A stretch of 64,000 bases of DNA from Sediminibacterium sp. GTDB lineage: Bacteria > Bacteroidota > Bacteroidia > Chitinophagales > Chitinophagaceae. Shown in pieces: positions 12,732 through 25,062 of the stretch. The translations under genes were made by a program, and so were the position numbers. The stretch spans positions 369,687-433,686 of the forward strand of contig CBDIIG010000003.1 of assembly GCA_965279585.1 (NCBI GenBank), read 5' to 3'. Positions within the stretch are counted from its first letter, which is position 1. Each line of letters starts with the position of its first letter. Under the pieces are notes generated by a model that worked only from the letters and a program-made list of their open reading frames with translations, was not told where the DNA came from and searched no databases.

Positions 12732-13291
12732 TCACAATTATGATTCTCTAAGTCTTTTCCTTAAACTAAATGATTTAAAGACAATAATACATTTTATCTC
12801 TAATAGGTTCGTTTGTAGAATCAAAACTCTCTGATGATTCTCTATAAGTTGGACTACTCCTATTTTTTGTGTATGATTTAGATTTGGATCGGCTATTTAT
12901 ATTTAAACAAAAAAAATGCACCTTCTTCTCTTTTTTTTGTCCTTTTAATCTCTATCATATTTTCCAGACTTTTTTTCACGATCTCTATCTCTATCTCTGT
13001 CTCGATCTCTATCCCTATCTCTATTTTCCTCATATCGCCCAGACTTTTTGCTCCATTCAACATTTATTTTCAATCCTTTTTGGTTTGAGTTATTTATATA
13101 CCTTATAAATCTTTTTAATGTAAATTATTCTTTGCATTTTCAGCCTCGTGTTCACTTTTGAATTGAATAAATGCATATCGATCATTATTTTTTACTCTGA
13201 AGTCAACAGTACAGTCTCCATAAACTCTGAATTCCTTTTCGATGTCCTTTTGCTCGACATATCTTGATATGTTACCAACGAAAAGACTCAT
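12732..13291 (-). CDS. RRM plus RD/RS-repeat SR-like RNA-binding protein
   Basis: MSLFVGNISRYVEQKDIEKEF...RYAFIQFKSEHEAENA...KINVEWSKK, then RDRDRDRDRD repeats. Confidence 0.85.
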
Positions 13292-13314
13292 TTTTGCATG
13301 GTTTTTGTATTATT

Positions 13315-14144
13315 TCATTTAAAATCAATTTAATTCTTCATATAATCTTAAATGGCTTATTATAACTAGATATTATGGATAGATGGAAGAGTAATCCTAT
13401 TTCGAGTAATGGGATCGATGCAACTATTCACTTTAAAGTTTTAGTTTAAAGCATCAGCATCATACGTATGGCCAAATTAGTCTAAAAGTGGCTCCTTCAT
13501 TAGATCTTAAGTTATTGTACAATTGAAAGCATCATATAGATAAACATTATGGCTAGGGGACAATGTTATTTTTGTCTACTGAGTTTATGCATATTTTTAG
13601 AGATGTTCTCTTTCTTTAAATTCTATTAGTCTTTATTTCAATTTCATGCCACTTTGTATATTGTAATTTATTTGATCTTTAAGATCTGGTTTATGGTGAC
13701 ATAGTTCACCAGCTAAAAATTTTTTTAAATATAAAAAGATTACATTTTTTTAGTTCTCTAAGACCTAAATCAATTTAATCAAGACTATAAGATTTAGAAG
13801 CATTAATTAATTAAATCGTTCCAAATAAAAAATGAGCCCTTACGTTTTGTTAATTCAAAGTAATTGCAATAACAGCATCTTATTCAGCTTATTTATAATT
13901 CTATAGTTATCGATAAACGGTTCCACGATTTGAATAATAGATTGAGTCTTCATGAATACTCTTTATTTAATTTAATTTTTAAATTTACAATAGCTTCACT
14001 ATAACACCTAATTGCTTCATGCAATTATTGATTCTTGAAATATTCATTTCCACTTTCCTTAAGTTTCTCTGATACAGTGATACGTTCCTTATCATCAGAA
14101 GAATGTGGCTTAATATTCGGCCTCTAACACATACATGATCCCAT
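13315..14144 (-). CDS. TPR plus U-box E3 ubiquitin ligase (CHIP/STUB1-like)
   Basis: TPRs KLKESGNEYF...AIRCYSEAI...YYSNRG; U-box AFNCTITQDLMKEPLLDQFGHTYDAD...DPITR; N-terminus MGSCMC. Confidence 0.85.
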
Positions 14145-15193
14145 CAATACTTATAATTATTATTGTAAAATTTACTCAAATATCTAGAACCTTAATCACA
14201 TAGAATAGTCACAAATACGTTCAATTCTGGAAATTGCTTAGTAGCTTTGATAACAGCTGCACAATTCATGGCACTAGATCCTCCAACGAATAGTCCCTCT
14301 TAAATTAGTAATTAAGCCGTTTGTCTGGATTCTACAGAATAGTGTAATTGGTATTACCTTCATCACTTATTGTAAAAGCATAATCTATTTATGCCTATTA
14401 ATAATTCTTGGTCAATCTATTTAAGCCTACTCCTTCAACAACAGTATCAAAAGGATGCTTTTTTCGATGACCTTCTGCCTCTTCATCTGTATAACATAAT
14501 CCACACATAACATGATTTCTGAGTGAGGAACCAGGAGGATCAGCTAAAACTACTTTTACATTTTTATTCTTCTGCTTCAAGTATTATGATATTCCTGCTA
14601 TCGATCCGCCAGTTCCCGCAGACATAACAAAGCAATCTATTTAACCTAAAGTTTGATTCCATATCTCTTTTCCTGTTTAAAAGTGAGTCTTATAATTGGC
14701 TAAATTATGGAATTAATCAGCAAAATAAGCATCATCATTTTTTGCCTAATCTTCAGCAATCCTACAAAAATGTTTGCTATCTACAATTGAAACAGGTCTA
14801 ACTTTCATTAGTTATGCATTAAGAACCTCAAGAAGATTATATTTTTCTTAAGCCAAATCATCTGGTAAGAAAACGTGAGTTTATAAACCAAAATAATTTC
14901 CCAATAGAGCTAAACTTATTCCCGTACTTCCAGATGTTCCTTCATAAATTTTTGTCTAATTTGTCTATAGCTTTTTTTAATTATATCCTTCTTTTATTAA
15001 TGCTAAAGCAGTTCTATCTTTCATACTTCCGCCAGGATTCATAAATTCGCATTTTGCATATATCTCCTTTCCTGTAATTTAAGATAATTATTTCAAATAT
15101 ATGAGAGGTGTATTGCCCACTAAATCAATGACAGTCCTTTTAGGTATTTATTTTTTTCTCTTTATAAAGTATATTATCGATCCAAGAGTACAT
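14144..15193 (-). CDS. Cysteine synthase / O-acetylserine sulfhydrylase family (PLP, fold type II)
   Basis: VGNTPLI...AKCEFMNPGGSMKDR, EGTSGSTG, MSAGTGGSIAG, LADPPGSSL, VEGVGLNRLT, LFVGGSSAMN. Confidence 0.93.
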
Positions 15194-15227
15194 AATATAC
15201 TTATTCCTAATATGTGAATATATTTTC

Positions 15228-15794
15228 TCATTATATATTCAATGATTATAAATCGTCATTTTTCTTTTTCACCTGCCTTGATGGCTTGAATATTTTATCA
15301 ATAATGATGTTATCTTATTGGTCTATTCTCACACATATGTATTCTCCAACTAGAGTTGTTATGATAAATGTCAGAAAATTTAAAACTAACCAACTCCATG
15401 AAAAACTAGTCTCACTCATGAATGAACATAAAATATAATGAATGAAATAAAGAGTTGCAACAAAATCCAATACTTTATTTCCTTTTATCACTACATGTAT
15501 CTAATTAATATTTAAACAAAAATACCAATCCAAGAAGATCAATTATGATGTTGATTAATGAGGCCATGATGTTTATTGTCTGATATTGTTAGTAGTTTAG
15601 TACTTAATAATCCCATACTTAGCCTATGTGAAACTACCCTATTTTCTACTCAAAACCTGTAATCCGAAAGTGAAATCTAGAAAATTCATCAAAAAGAGTA
15701 ATCCGCTGTAATGAATTCCTATTATGGTTAGAATCTGTATGACTATCAACCGAGGTTAGAATCCAAAGTCTGATTTTCTATATCTATATTTCAT
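15228..15794 (-). CDS. SYS1: Golgi membrane trafficking protein SYS1 homolog
   Basis: FQPRLIVIQIL...KGNKVLDFVATLYFIHY...FSWSWLVLN...LVGEYICVRI. Confidence 0.75.
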
Positions 15795-15802
15795 ATAATA
15801 AT

Positions 15803-17044
15803 TCATGATTATTTCGTAGTGTTAGTATCTAACCAATCAATTAAAACACCATTTTCCCATTTGCCTTATCTTTCTCTTCCTGAATCATCTTAAACTATTC
15901 CAGTGCCATGCTGTTTTCCTTAATTCCACTCTCCCACATACTTTGATCCATCGGCTAAAGATATTTTAATATAATACGCCACTCAAATATTCCATTTCCT
16001 TACTTCTTGTCATTTATATACTAGCCATAATATTTTCTACCATCTGGCCATTTGAATTCTCCCTAACCATGCATTTTGTTGGCCTTCCATTCCCCTACAT
16101 AATTTCTACCATCAGACCAAACATACTTGCTTGATTGTTAATTTCAAATTAATACCCAATTCCATGAATGGAATTATCAAAAAATTCTCCCTCATAATAA
16201 GAACCATCTGGCCATTTAAATAAGCCTTAGCCTTCTTTCTTACTTTAATTATAATTTCCTCTGTAAGACGTACCATCTGGCCAAGTTTCATAACCAATAC
16301 CATCTTGTTTATCATCCTTCCAATTTCCTTCATATTTAGCGCCATCAGAGTGGGTGTATACTCCGAAGCCAGATGCTACGAATATTGTAAATTAAATTAA
16401 AAACCTTTATCATTTTCCCATGCTCCTTCATAATAATCACCATCTGAGTGAATTAATCTACCATATCCATGAGCTTAATTATTTTTCCAATAACCTTCAT
16501 AGATACTACCATCCTTCCAAACTTATTTTCCCTTCCCATGTCTTAAACCAAACTTCCATTAACCATCATAAATTGCCCCATTATCTATCATATAAGGCCC
16601 AAGATAAACTGCTTCAGAATCTTCACCTTTTACATAAACAAATGCTCCTAACTACATTAAAAGCTGGTTGGCTTGATAAGATAATAACTAATTAATATCT
16701 GCAGCTTATCTTGTCCATGGAACTCCAAATTTTTAAGGTGGACTATGATAATCTACACTTAATCTACTTTGTTTAGACTTTTTTAAAATTTTATTTCAAA
16801 TTATTACTATTTCATCTGCTTCCTTAAACTAATTTTCTTTTTATTTTTCTATTATTGAAGGCTTTTTCGAGTTTTATAATTTATGTTATGATGAATGAAA
16901 ATCACTAATTGAATGTTTAGAACTTGGCCGAGAAATCCTATTACTCTATTAAATTGAATGAAGCGATCCACTTCTTCCCTACATATAAGGCTATTGCTCA
17001 GAAATGGATTAGGGATCATTCATACAAGCTTAACAGTTGCCCAT
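15803..17044 (-). CDS. MORN-repeat protein
   Basis: Repeated YxGxWxxxxxxGxG units (about 15850-16620); acylation-type N-terminus MGNCQAC. Confidence 0.9.
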
Positions 17045-17063
17045 ATTAAAAATAATAAATTAA

Positions 17064-18418
17064 TCATTATAAAAAATTCAAATGATCACACTTTGGCAAA
17101 CAGAATGTGTGCTTTTCCAATATAATCGTCAACAACTTTTAGAACAACATCATTTTTAATTCAAATGACGGTTCATCCTCATACTCTTCATTTAATGCTG
17201 GTGGAATGCTTATCTATGCGTAATTGCAAGCATCTACAAATTATTATTTGAATTCCTTATCAGAAACATATCTATGATATAATTCTTAAGTCTGATGACT
17301 CTAAATTGAGTATCTCTATAATTAGGTATTTATTTTATGGAAAGATGATCTCATTTGCTATTCCATCGAAGGTTCAATTTTTGGTAAAGAGGAGCTTCTT
17401 AATTTAATATTTGAAAAAACTAAACTTTATTTCTCAGATATGCTTAATCTTTTATTTCTATCAGGAATAGTGGGTGTGGATCGAAAATTTTACAATTTAC
17501 TAGTTGGTTGATTTGGCTAGGTTTAAATCTTTTTAATTATATGTCCTTATGCTTCTAATAGTGCTATCTTGTGTTCTAGTTCATATTTTTGTGCTTTCAT
17601 AATTAATTTAGCTTCTTTATAAAGTGCTATTTAATCTTTGAGTTTTTATTCATATGATTAAATGGTAGTTTACAATAAAGATTTAAGTTCCATGTTCTAT
17701 TTCTCCATATGATCAAATTTAAGTTAATCGATATCTGTCTGTACCTGCGCATGTACTCCTTTGTTTCTAATATATTTGGTTATTTACTTTGATTTATGCA
17801 GTAACTTTGAGAGAATGATTTAAGTATTTTTTTTGGTATTATATTTTAGATTTGATTTCATTTGTTCGGTTTCGTTTTGAACTATGTCCATACCGCTCTC
17901 ATCTGTTGGAGGATGGTCTACATAATCTTAAATCGAGCTATTATTGGTGTGCAGTAAGCTTTGGAAAGAATTATGGACCTAATTCATCTATAAGCTAGCA
18001 CCACTCTCTTTAATTTTTATGAACCTGTGTTTGTACTTTAAACTTTGTTCTATCAATTATTCAAATGGAGTTCCCTTTTCTTTGGGAGTTAAATAGAACT
18101 CGTATTATTGTATCCAATTAAGTAGATTATTCAATAACATAAGATGGTACCCTGATAACAACTTGAATAAAATTTTCTTTAATTACTTTTATAAACTCTC
18201 CTATGAATTACAAATCGTAATCAACTAAACCTAAAATAAGTTATTCCTCACAGATTGTGACTATTTTACAATATTATCTTAAATCAGATATATAACCCAT
18301 ATGAATAGTTTTATTTCTATCATCAAATTATTTCTAAGACTTTTATAAAACTTATGATATTTTCGATGTTATATACATCAACCTAACATTTTTTAAAATA
18401 ATATTTTACCCTTGCCAT
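17064..18418 (-). CDS. Hypothetical coiled-coil protein
   Basis: Long open code-6 frame ending MMLFQKLLTIILEKHTFCLPKCDHLNFLQ-TGA. The start and first exon are uncertain. Confidence 0.55.
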
Positions 18419-18459
18419 TTATCCTTTTCCTAATTCATTAAAATTATTTTTTATTATAA

Positions 18460-20082
18460 ATGAAATCAGATACAGAAGGACACTTAGTTATGCCAAAATT
18501 AGCAGCTACTGAAAAGAAGCCTAGTGGTAGGTTTGCTTTTCTGAAATCTCAATAATAAGATTAAGAAGTTTTTTAAAGTAATCGAGATAGGATAAAATAA
18601 TAGCTAAAAGGTATTAAGTTTCATTATTTAGGAACTCTTTAACTGATAATATAAAAACCTGAATAATAATAAGAATTACATGAGAGACTAAAGATACTTT
18701 GTGATAAATTAGATGTTGAATTCAATCCTGCTGATATTTAATATATCATTCCCTCTACATAAGCATTTAAAGATGACTATGAAATTTTAGAAGCCTTAGG
18801 AGAAGGATGTTTAGGTTTAGTTAAACGTTGCGTAAATCGTAAGACAAATGATCAATATGCTGTAAAAATGGTTTAAACAACAGATGATGAAATAATTAGA
18901 AATGTAAAATTTTTTTTTTATCATATTAGATGATTATGGAGTTTAAAAACTTACTATATATTAATCACTAAAACATAGTTAAGGTTTATAAGCTATACTT
19001 AGACTTCAGTGATAGTTTTTAGTCTGAATCTAAAGCATTTATACTAATGGAACTAATAGAGGGTAAAGAAATGTTTGAATAAATCAATGAGATTGGTCAT
19101 TATTCTGAATAGGATGCTAAATTATTATTCAGATAACTTCTCGATGCTATTCGTTTCATGCATAGATCAGGTATATGTCATCGAGATCTAAAACCGCATA
19201 ATATCTTATGTGTTAAAGGTATAGTTTAATATTTATTAAAAAGACTAAATGCTTCTTAAAGTTACTGACTTTAATGTAAGTAAATTTTCTGATTCATACA
19301 AAGAATTTGGCTAAATGAAAGATGGAGAAAAAATAGAAATGTGGACATACACAGGGACTGTCGCATTCTCGGCTCCAGAAATTTTCACTGGTGAAGGTTA
19401 TAAGTAATCAAATTTATAATTATTAGTTAAATGGTTGATATGTGGAGTGCTGGTTGTATACTTTATGCTATGCTTAGTGGTTAATTACCGTTTAATGCTG
19501 AATAGTATTTAATAATTCACTATAAAAAATAGTTTAAATGACCTAATTGATAAGATTAAAGAAGGTGAATATGAATTTCCATAGAAATCTTTTGAAAATG
19601 TATCGAATTAGGCCTAGGATTTAATTAAGCATTTATTATAAAAAGATTGGCAAAATAGATTAACAGCTGAACAAGCCATGCATCATGATTGGTTTGATGT
19701 CACATTTAGAAGGAAAACTCTTAAACAATTAACTTTCAAGGATAACATTAAATAATTGTCTTTCAGATAATCAAACAAATCTAAAATGAGAACTATTTTA
19801 GTTGGATCATAAATATTTTCACAAAACGGTTCATTTTAGAGTGATGATAATTAGAAGAATCAAGTTTAAAAGGAAATCTCTAATTCTCATGATGGATTAC
19901 TAAAAAAATAAAAATATGAAACATTAGTTAAAAGTAGTTATGGAAATAAGGCGTTTTTCCATTAATAAAATAGTATTGATTCTGTTACCTTAAATTCCCC
20001 CTTAACTAATGAAGACCATCATATAAATAGTATAAAATTTATTTCAGATGAACTTGATGAAACTGTAGTATAATCTGAATGA
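18460..20082 (+). CDS. CAMK-group Ser/Thr protein kinase
   Basis: LGEGCLGLV, YAVKMV, HRDLKPHN, KVTDFNVSK, TGTVAFSAPE, VDMWSAG; multiple tiny introns. Confidence 0.93.
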
Positions 20083-20240
20083 CTTAAATTGAATATAGAT
20101 TTCCCTAAAATAAAATTAAAATTTTATTAATATTCTATATATTTTATTTTTAATTCGATTACGCGTCATACATATTATTATCAGTGTAAATTTATGCAAA
20201 AAATGATTTCTAGTTTTTATTAAATCTTTTTAATATAAAT

Positions 20241-20636
20241 ATGGACAATCAACCACTTATTGCTAAGCTAGGAGGAGAAGAGAATGTTAATAAGGCAGTT
20301 GTTCGATTTTATGAACATGTTCTTGCTGATCCAACTGTTAATCATTTCTTCAAAAACACTGACATGGCACATTAAACCAAACAATAGTAGGCCTTCCTTA
20401 CAATGGCTTTTGGAGGACCAAATCACTATCATGGAAAGGTTTTTTTCTCATAATTTATATTTTTTTTTTAGGACATGAAAGCTGCTCATGCAGGGATGGG
20501 AATTACAGGTGCTCAATTCGATTCAATTGTTAATCATTTAGCTAACACCTTAAAAGAGTTTGGTGTTTCTGCTGAAGTATTGGGAGAAGTAGGTGCTGTT
20601 GCAGAATCAACAAGAGCTGACATTGTTGAAGCATGA
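20241..20636 (+). CDS. Group I truncated (2/2) haemoglobin
   Basis: KLGGEENVNKAVVRFYEHVLADPTVNHFFKNTDMAHQTKQQQAFLTMAFGGPNHYHGK/DMKAAHAGMGIT; 33-nt intron at 20439-20471. Confidence 0.95.
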
Positions 20637-20651
20637 TAAAAAAAATTATTA

Positions 20652-21131
20652 TCAATCATATAAATGTAGATTTCTATAGTTTGTAATGTTGAATTCATTT
20701 TTTTTATTATCTGTGCTTCTAGTAGATAATTATATTGTATAGTATTTGTTTTACATTCTATTTTCTAATGTCTTTAACCTTAATTTATGATTAGTTATTC
20801 TTGAAGTTCCCTCTGTTGAAACTGACCTATATTTATCTTCTGGATATAGCTTAAACTATATGTTGCAAATTTTGCTCTATAGCATCGAGCTAATTTTAAG
20901 TGTTTATTATTCTTTAGGTTTATTGAGACTGTAATTTAATTATTTAGGAATGTTATTTTCTTTTTTATAATCTTATCGATTAGATTAGTTTTCAGATTCA
21001 ATCCCCTTTCCTTGAACATATAGTGAAGTTTCAAATTTTCTTTTCCTTTTGAGACTATAGAGATTTCTACTTCCTAATATTTCACAAATTTATAATTATC
21101 GAGGTAGTCTAGACTTTTTATTTCCTAACAT
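20652..21131 (-). CDS. Small hypothetical protein (reading frame ambiguous)
   Basis: Two different minus frames stay open across this interval and no motif was recognised. Confidence 0.3.
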
Positions 21132-21347
21132 ATTTTTTTTTTTTTTTTCTTTTTAACAAAAATAATCCCATAAAATTCCAATTTATTCTATGAATGGTAA
21201 TATATAAAGAATTCTTATTAATTTATAATATGATGATATTTAATAGATAGGGACATCTGCTTCTCTGATGATTTATCTTAATTCGCTCCTGAAATAACAA
21301 AAATATGAAATTTTTATTGTAAATTTATATTCAAAATTATTTTTTTA

Positions 21348-24159
21348 TCATTATTTTAATGGAGAATCATTTGCAATGTCCTCATACTTCTTAATGCTTT
21401 ATAAAACATTTCTAACTTGAATACTAAATGCTCCTTAAGTAAATGTATTTAATGTTTCCCACAATGGGGATACAATAACCTTCAAAAATCCAGCTTCATT
21501 TTTAGCAAATACAAATTCATCATCTAAATTAAGTAGATATGGTGTGAGTGGCAATCCACTCATTTCTTCCAGTTAAGACTTAAATTAACATAATGATATT
21601 ACTTATGCTTTGAATTCTAATTTTAATCTTTCACTCCACCTTCGTGCAATCAAAGGAGGCTTCACTGCACCAAAAAAATCAGCCGAATGTATTAGGAAGC
21701 CTGCTAAAAGTGATCTATTTTCATCAGCCTCTAAATCATAATGAAATAGTAATACAAAATAAATTTTTATCTGTTCCAAATTATGTTATTTTTATTTCCA
21801 AATCATTTAGTATTATAAAATGATTCTTATTATCAGTGTTTAATATATTACTAATCATATTCTTCCTAATCTCAGATTTATCTGATTTTGGAACATTACA
21901 TAGTATGTCACATAATTCATTTGACAATATTTTGAAGGTTTCAGCAACATGAAAATTTTCCAAGATTGATTTATCATTATATCTAAGAGCTAATTTTGAT
22001 AGAGCATTCTATTCAAATATATTTGTCGTACCAGTATGTCCAACATCATGACACAAACCAGATAAGACCAATGCAAATTTCTCTAAATCAGAGAAATAAA
22101 TCCCCAGCTTATCATGGTGAACTAGGAGGTAACATCCATGCATAACAGTTAGTCCATGGATGAAGTTATGAAATGGGTTCTTACGCTTGTTATATTTCTA
22201 TCTCATAATTGTGATAAAATTTCTGAATTTTTCATCAGGAACATTTAGAAGGCCACTGTAAGTACATAATTGGAATAAATTATATGCTACAGTAAATTTG
22301 TGCATATTTTCCTCTATATCTAAGAAATTGCAATCATAATCTAGAAGTTCTTATTATAAATGTTCTGTAACTTTAAGAATTCCTAATGGAGGCATAAGAG
22401 GTTCAAGATTTTTAAGCTTAGTACTCATTTTTTCATATGAGATTTATTTTTATTTAACCCTAAAGCTCTTATAAGATTCCAGATTAACATACTTAAATTT
22501 ATGCTCGTCCTCACCTGATATTTTTTACATGTCCTTATCTGATAAAAACATAACTATTGCAGTATTTCTATATTATGGGTTTTACATAGCCATCTATTTT
22601 GATCTAAAGGCATTTGTGGCCGTCCTTAAATGTTAAAGTAATCTAACTTTCGTTCTAAAAATATGAAACAACTCTTTAATAGGCCTTTTTATTTTTAAAT
22701 TAAATCATATATACCTCTTCACATGAATGTTATATAAAAATAAACTTAGGTTCTTGGTTTAATTTCTAAATCCTCTAGTTAATTTGATGGAATATTTATA
22801 ATATCCATCATTACACTCATAATGGTCATTATCTGAATCCATTAGTTATTTAATTGAATTAATAACTGAATGGTTCTTTTCAAAAATCTGATATACTGGA
22901 TCTTGGAATTAAATAGGGTCTTTTAACTGATATTTATCTCTAATATTATAATGATTTTTTACACAAATATATTATGATTCCACTGAGTTGACATATAATA
23001 GATTTTAAGATATTAATCAAAGAATAAGCATAAAACATTTTCATTGAATTATGAAATTTTTTAAAAATAATCGATTATATCTTTCCTTGAATTTAATTTC
23101 TTTCTATAATTTTTAACATATTTTTTGAAAGATTTTTCGATTTTGTTAATGAAATATTATGATCTATCGATATTTAGACTTATGTTAATTTAGCCTAAAT
23201 CCTTGCACATTGATACAAGTATTGAGTTCCATCCAAACCTTTCCTATTGGTAGCAAGTTTATCTATTTTAATTATTAAATAAAAATTACTCAATATTATA
23301 CATTTACGAGATCTTTTAAATAAATAAATATATCAATTTATAAACTAGTATTTATATAGAGTCTGATATTAAGAATAAAACATCAGACCTTATTGTCAAT
23401 GATGTGGACTGTGATTTGATTAAGGAGCTTTTCATTATGAGATGCAATAATAACTCATAGACTCTCGACTCTAAGAAAAATCTAATTTCATAAATATTTT
23501 TACTATTTATATTACTAAGTGCTTTCTTTATTAAAGTCTAAAAACATTATGGTATCTTATATCTTAATAAAGTAATTTTATGGCTAGAATTTTAGAATTA
23601 TCTTTATGTCTTCATCTGTTTGCATAATTTTATGTGATGGTTATTTACTCATCCAATTAGTAATTCTCAAATCAGGAACTTAGTGTTTAATCAATAACAA
23701 TTCCTCAGAAATTTCATTTAATTATTTATTAACTTCAAGATATATTAAGTGAACAGATTGTATCTAATAAATATTCAGGATCACATTTATAAGAATATTT
23801 GTTAATTATGCATCCTGTTACGTAACAAATGATCCTTAGAACACTTTATTCAAATCTATCTTTATTTATTTAAAGCAATCTTTAACCTCTTATTTTAGAC
23901 TCTATTTTAATTCTGACGTATTTTAAACAAACTAAACAAAGAATTAATCTTCATTAGTTTTCATAATTATTCTTAATCCCTTTAAAAATTCTTATTCAGA
24001 TAACCCAGTTTCATATTTTTCATACAATAGATATAATTCTTAATTATTAGAGATAGTTTATTCACAGCATTTTGTATACAAATTATCATCTATATCTTTT
24101 GAATTCCTAAGTTTTATAAATAACGCAATCATTCTGCTAGGTTGTGATTAGTAATTCAT
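21348..24159 (-). CDS. Class I 3',5'-cyclic nucleotide phosphodiesterase with long N-terminal region
   Basis: NPFHNFIHG, GLCHDVGHTG, ILENFHVA, LIHSADFFG, GLPLTPY. Joining to the N-terminal region up to 24159 needs inferred introns. Confidence 0.85.
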
Positions 24160-24179
24160 ATAAAAATTAAAAATAAATT

Positions 24180-25036
24180 TCATTTTTTCACAATCTTCTT
24201 CAGTTTTTCCATCCTTAAATCATATAATTCTTTTCGCCTCTTATTAACCTCAATCAATTTATCTTTAGCCTCCTATTCTTCTATCAAAACATTTGGAAGC
24301 TTTCTTAATTATATTATAAAATACTCTTTTTCTGCTGCAGTAAGTCTTTTATCATATGATTGCTCAATTATATTTTTATCATTTAGAATTGCATTCGACT
24401 CCTTCATATCGGACTCAATCTCTTTTAACATTTTCTCTTCCCATTAAATTCTTTCCATTTCTTTCTATTAATGATCGAATCCCATAACAGGATTTGCTAT
24501 TTGAGGACGATTTCTCAATAACTCCTATTATAATTTTTAGTTCTCAATCTTCTTTTCCTTATAAAATTATTACTTTTATATCTCATATTCTCTAAATTTT
24601 TATAAAATTTTTACTCTTTCTACTTTTCATCCATCGTATCTAATTGTTTCAGTTCAAAATCAATTAATGAATTCTTTGAGTTAATACCTATTTGTTCTAT
24701 TTTTAAAATTATATGATGATACTTTGTTTATCATATATATCAGCCTTTTTTTGAAGTATAAATGCTGATTTATTTAGTTTATTCTATTCCTAATCTTCTA
24801 CGATATCAGCTTAGTCTTTTTTTATCCTTTCTTCAATTCCTTTGTTAACCTTTTTTTCTTTCTTATTAGTTTTAGCCTTAGATATTCCAAATTATTCTTT
24901 TTGTTTAGCCTTCATTAAAGCCATCTTCATGTCCATAATCTAAGTTATATGAAATCAATACACTAGAGTTATCAACATTGATAGGTACAGCTGGCTTGGG
25001 AATAAGAGCACTCTCTGTCAACCAACCCATACTCAT
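24180..25036 (-). CDS. CCDC174-like coiled-coil protein
   Basis: MGWLTESALIPK...SS/IMDMKMAL...LQKKADIYDK...LIDFELK resembles CCDC174-family N-termini as I recall them. Confidence 0.6.
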
Positions 25037-25062
25037 AGTAAAATAAAAATAATTAAAAAAAA

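Noticed and set aside
12960-13030. (TCTCTA)n-like tandem repeat
   Set aside because: It encodes the RD dipeptide repeat of the SR-like protein.
15850-16620. Recurrent ~69-nt units containing CCATCTGGCCA, superficially CRISPR-like
   Set aside because: These are MORN-repeat codons (WPDG) in a eukaryotic CDS, with no identical direct repeats or unique spacers.
20652-21300. Possible dual-coding region with two open minus frames
   Set aside because: With only one stop codon and high AT content, long open frames arise by chance, and neither frame has a recognisable motif.
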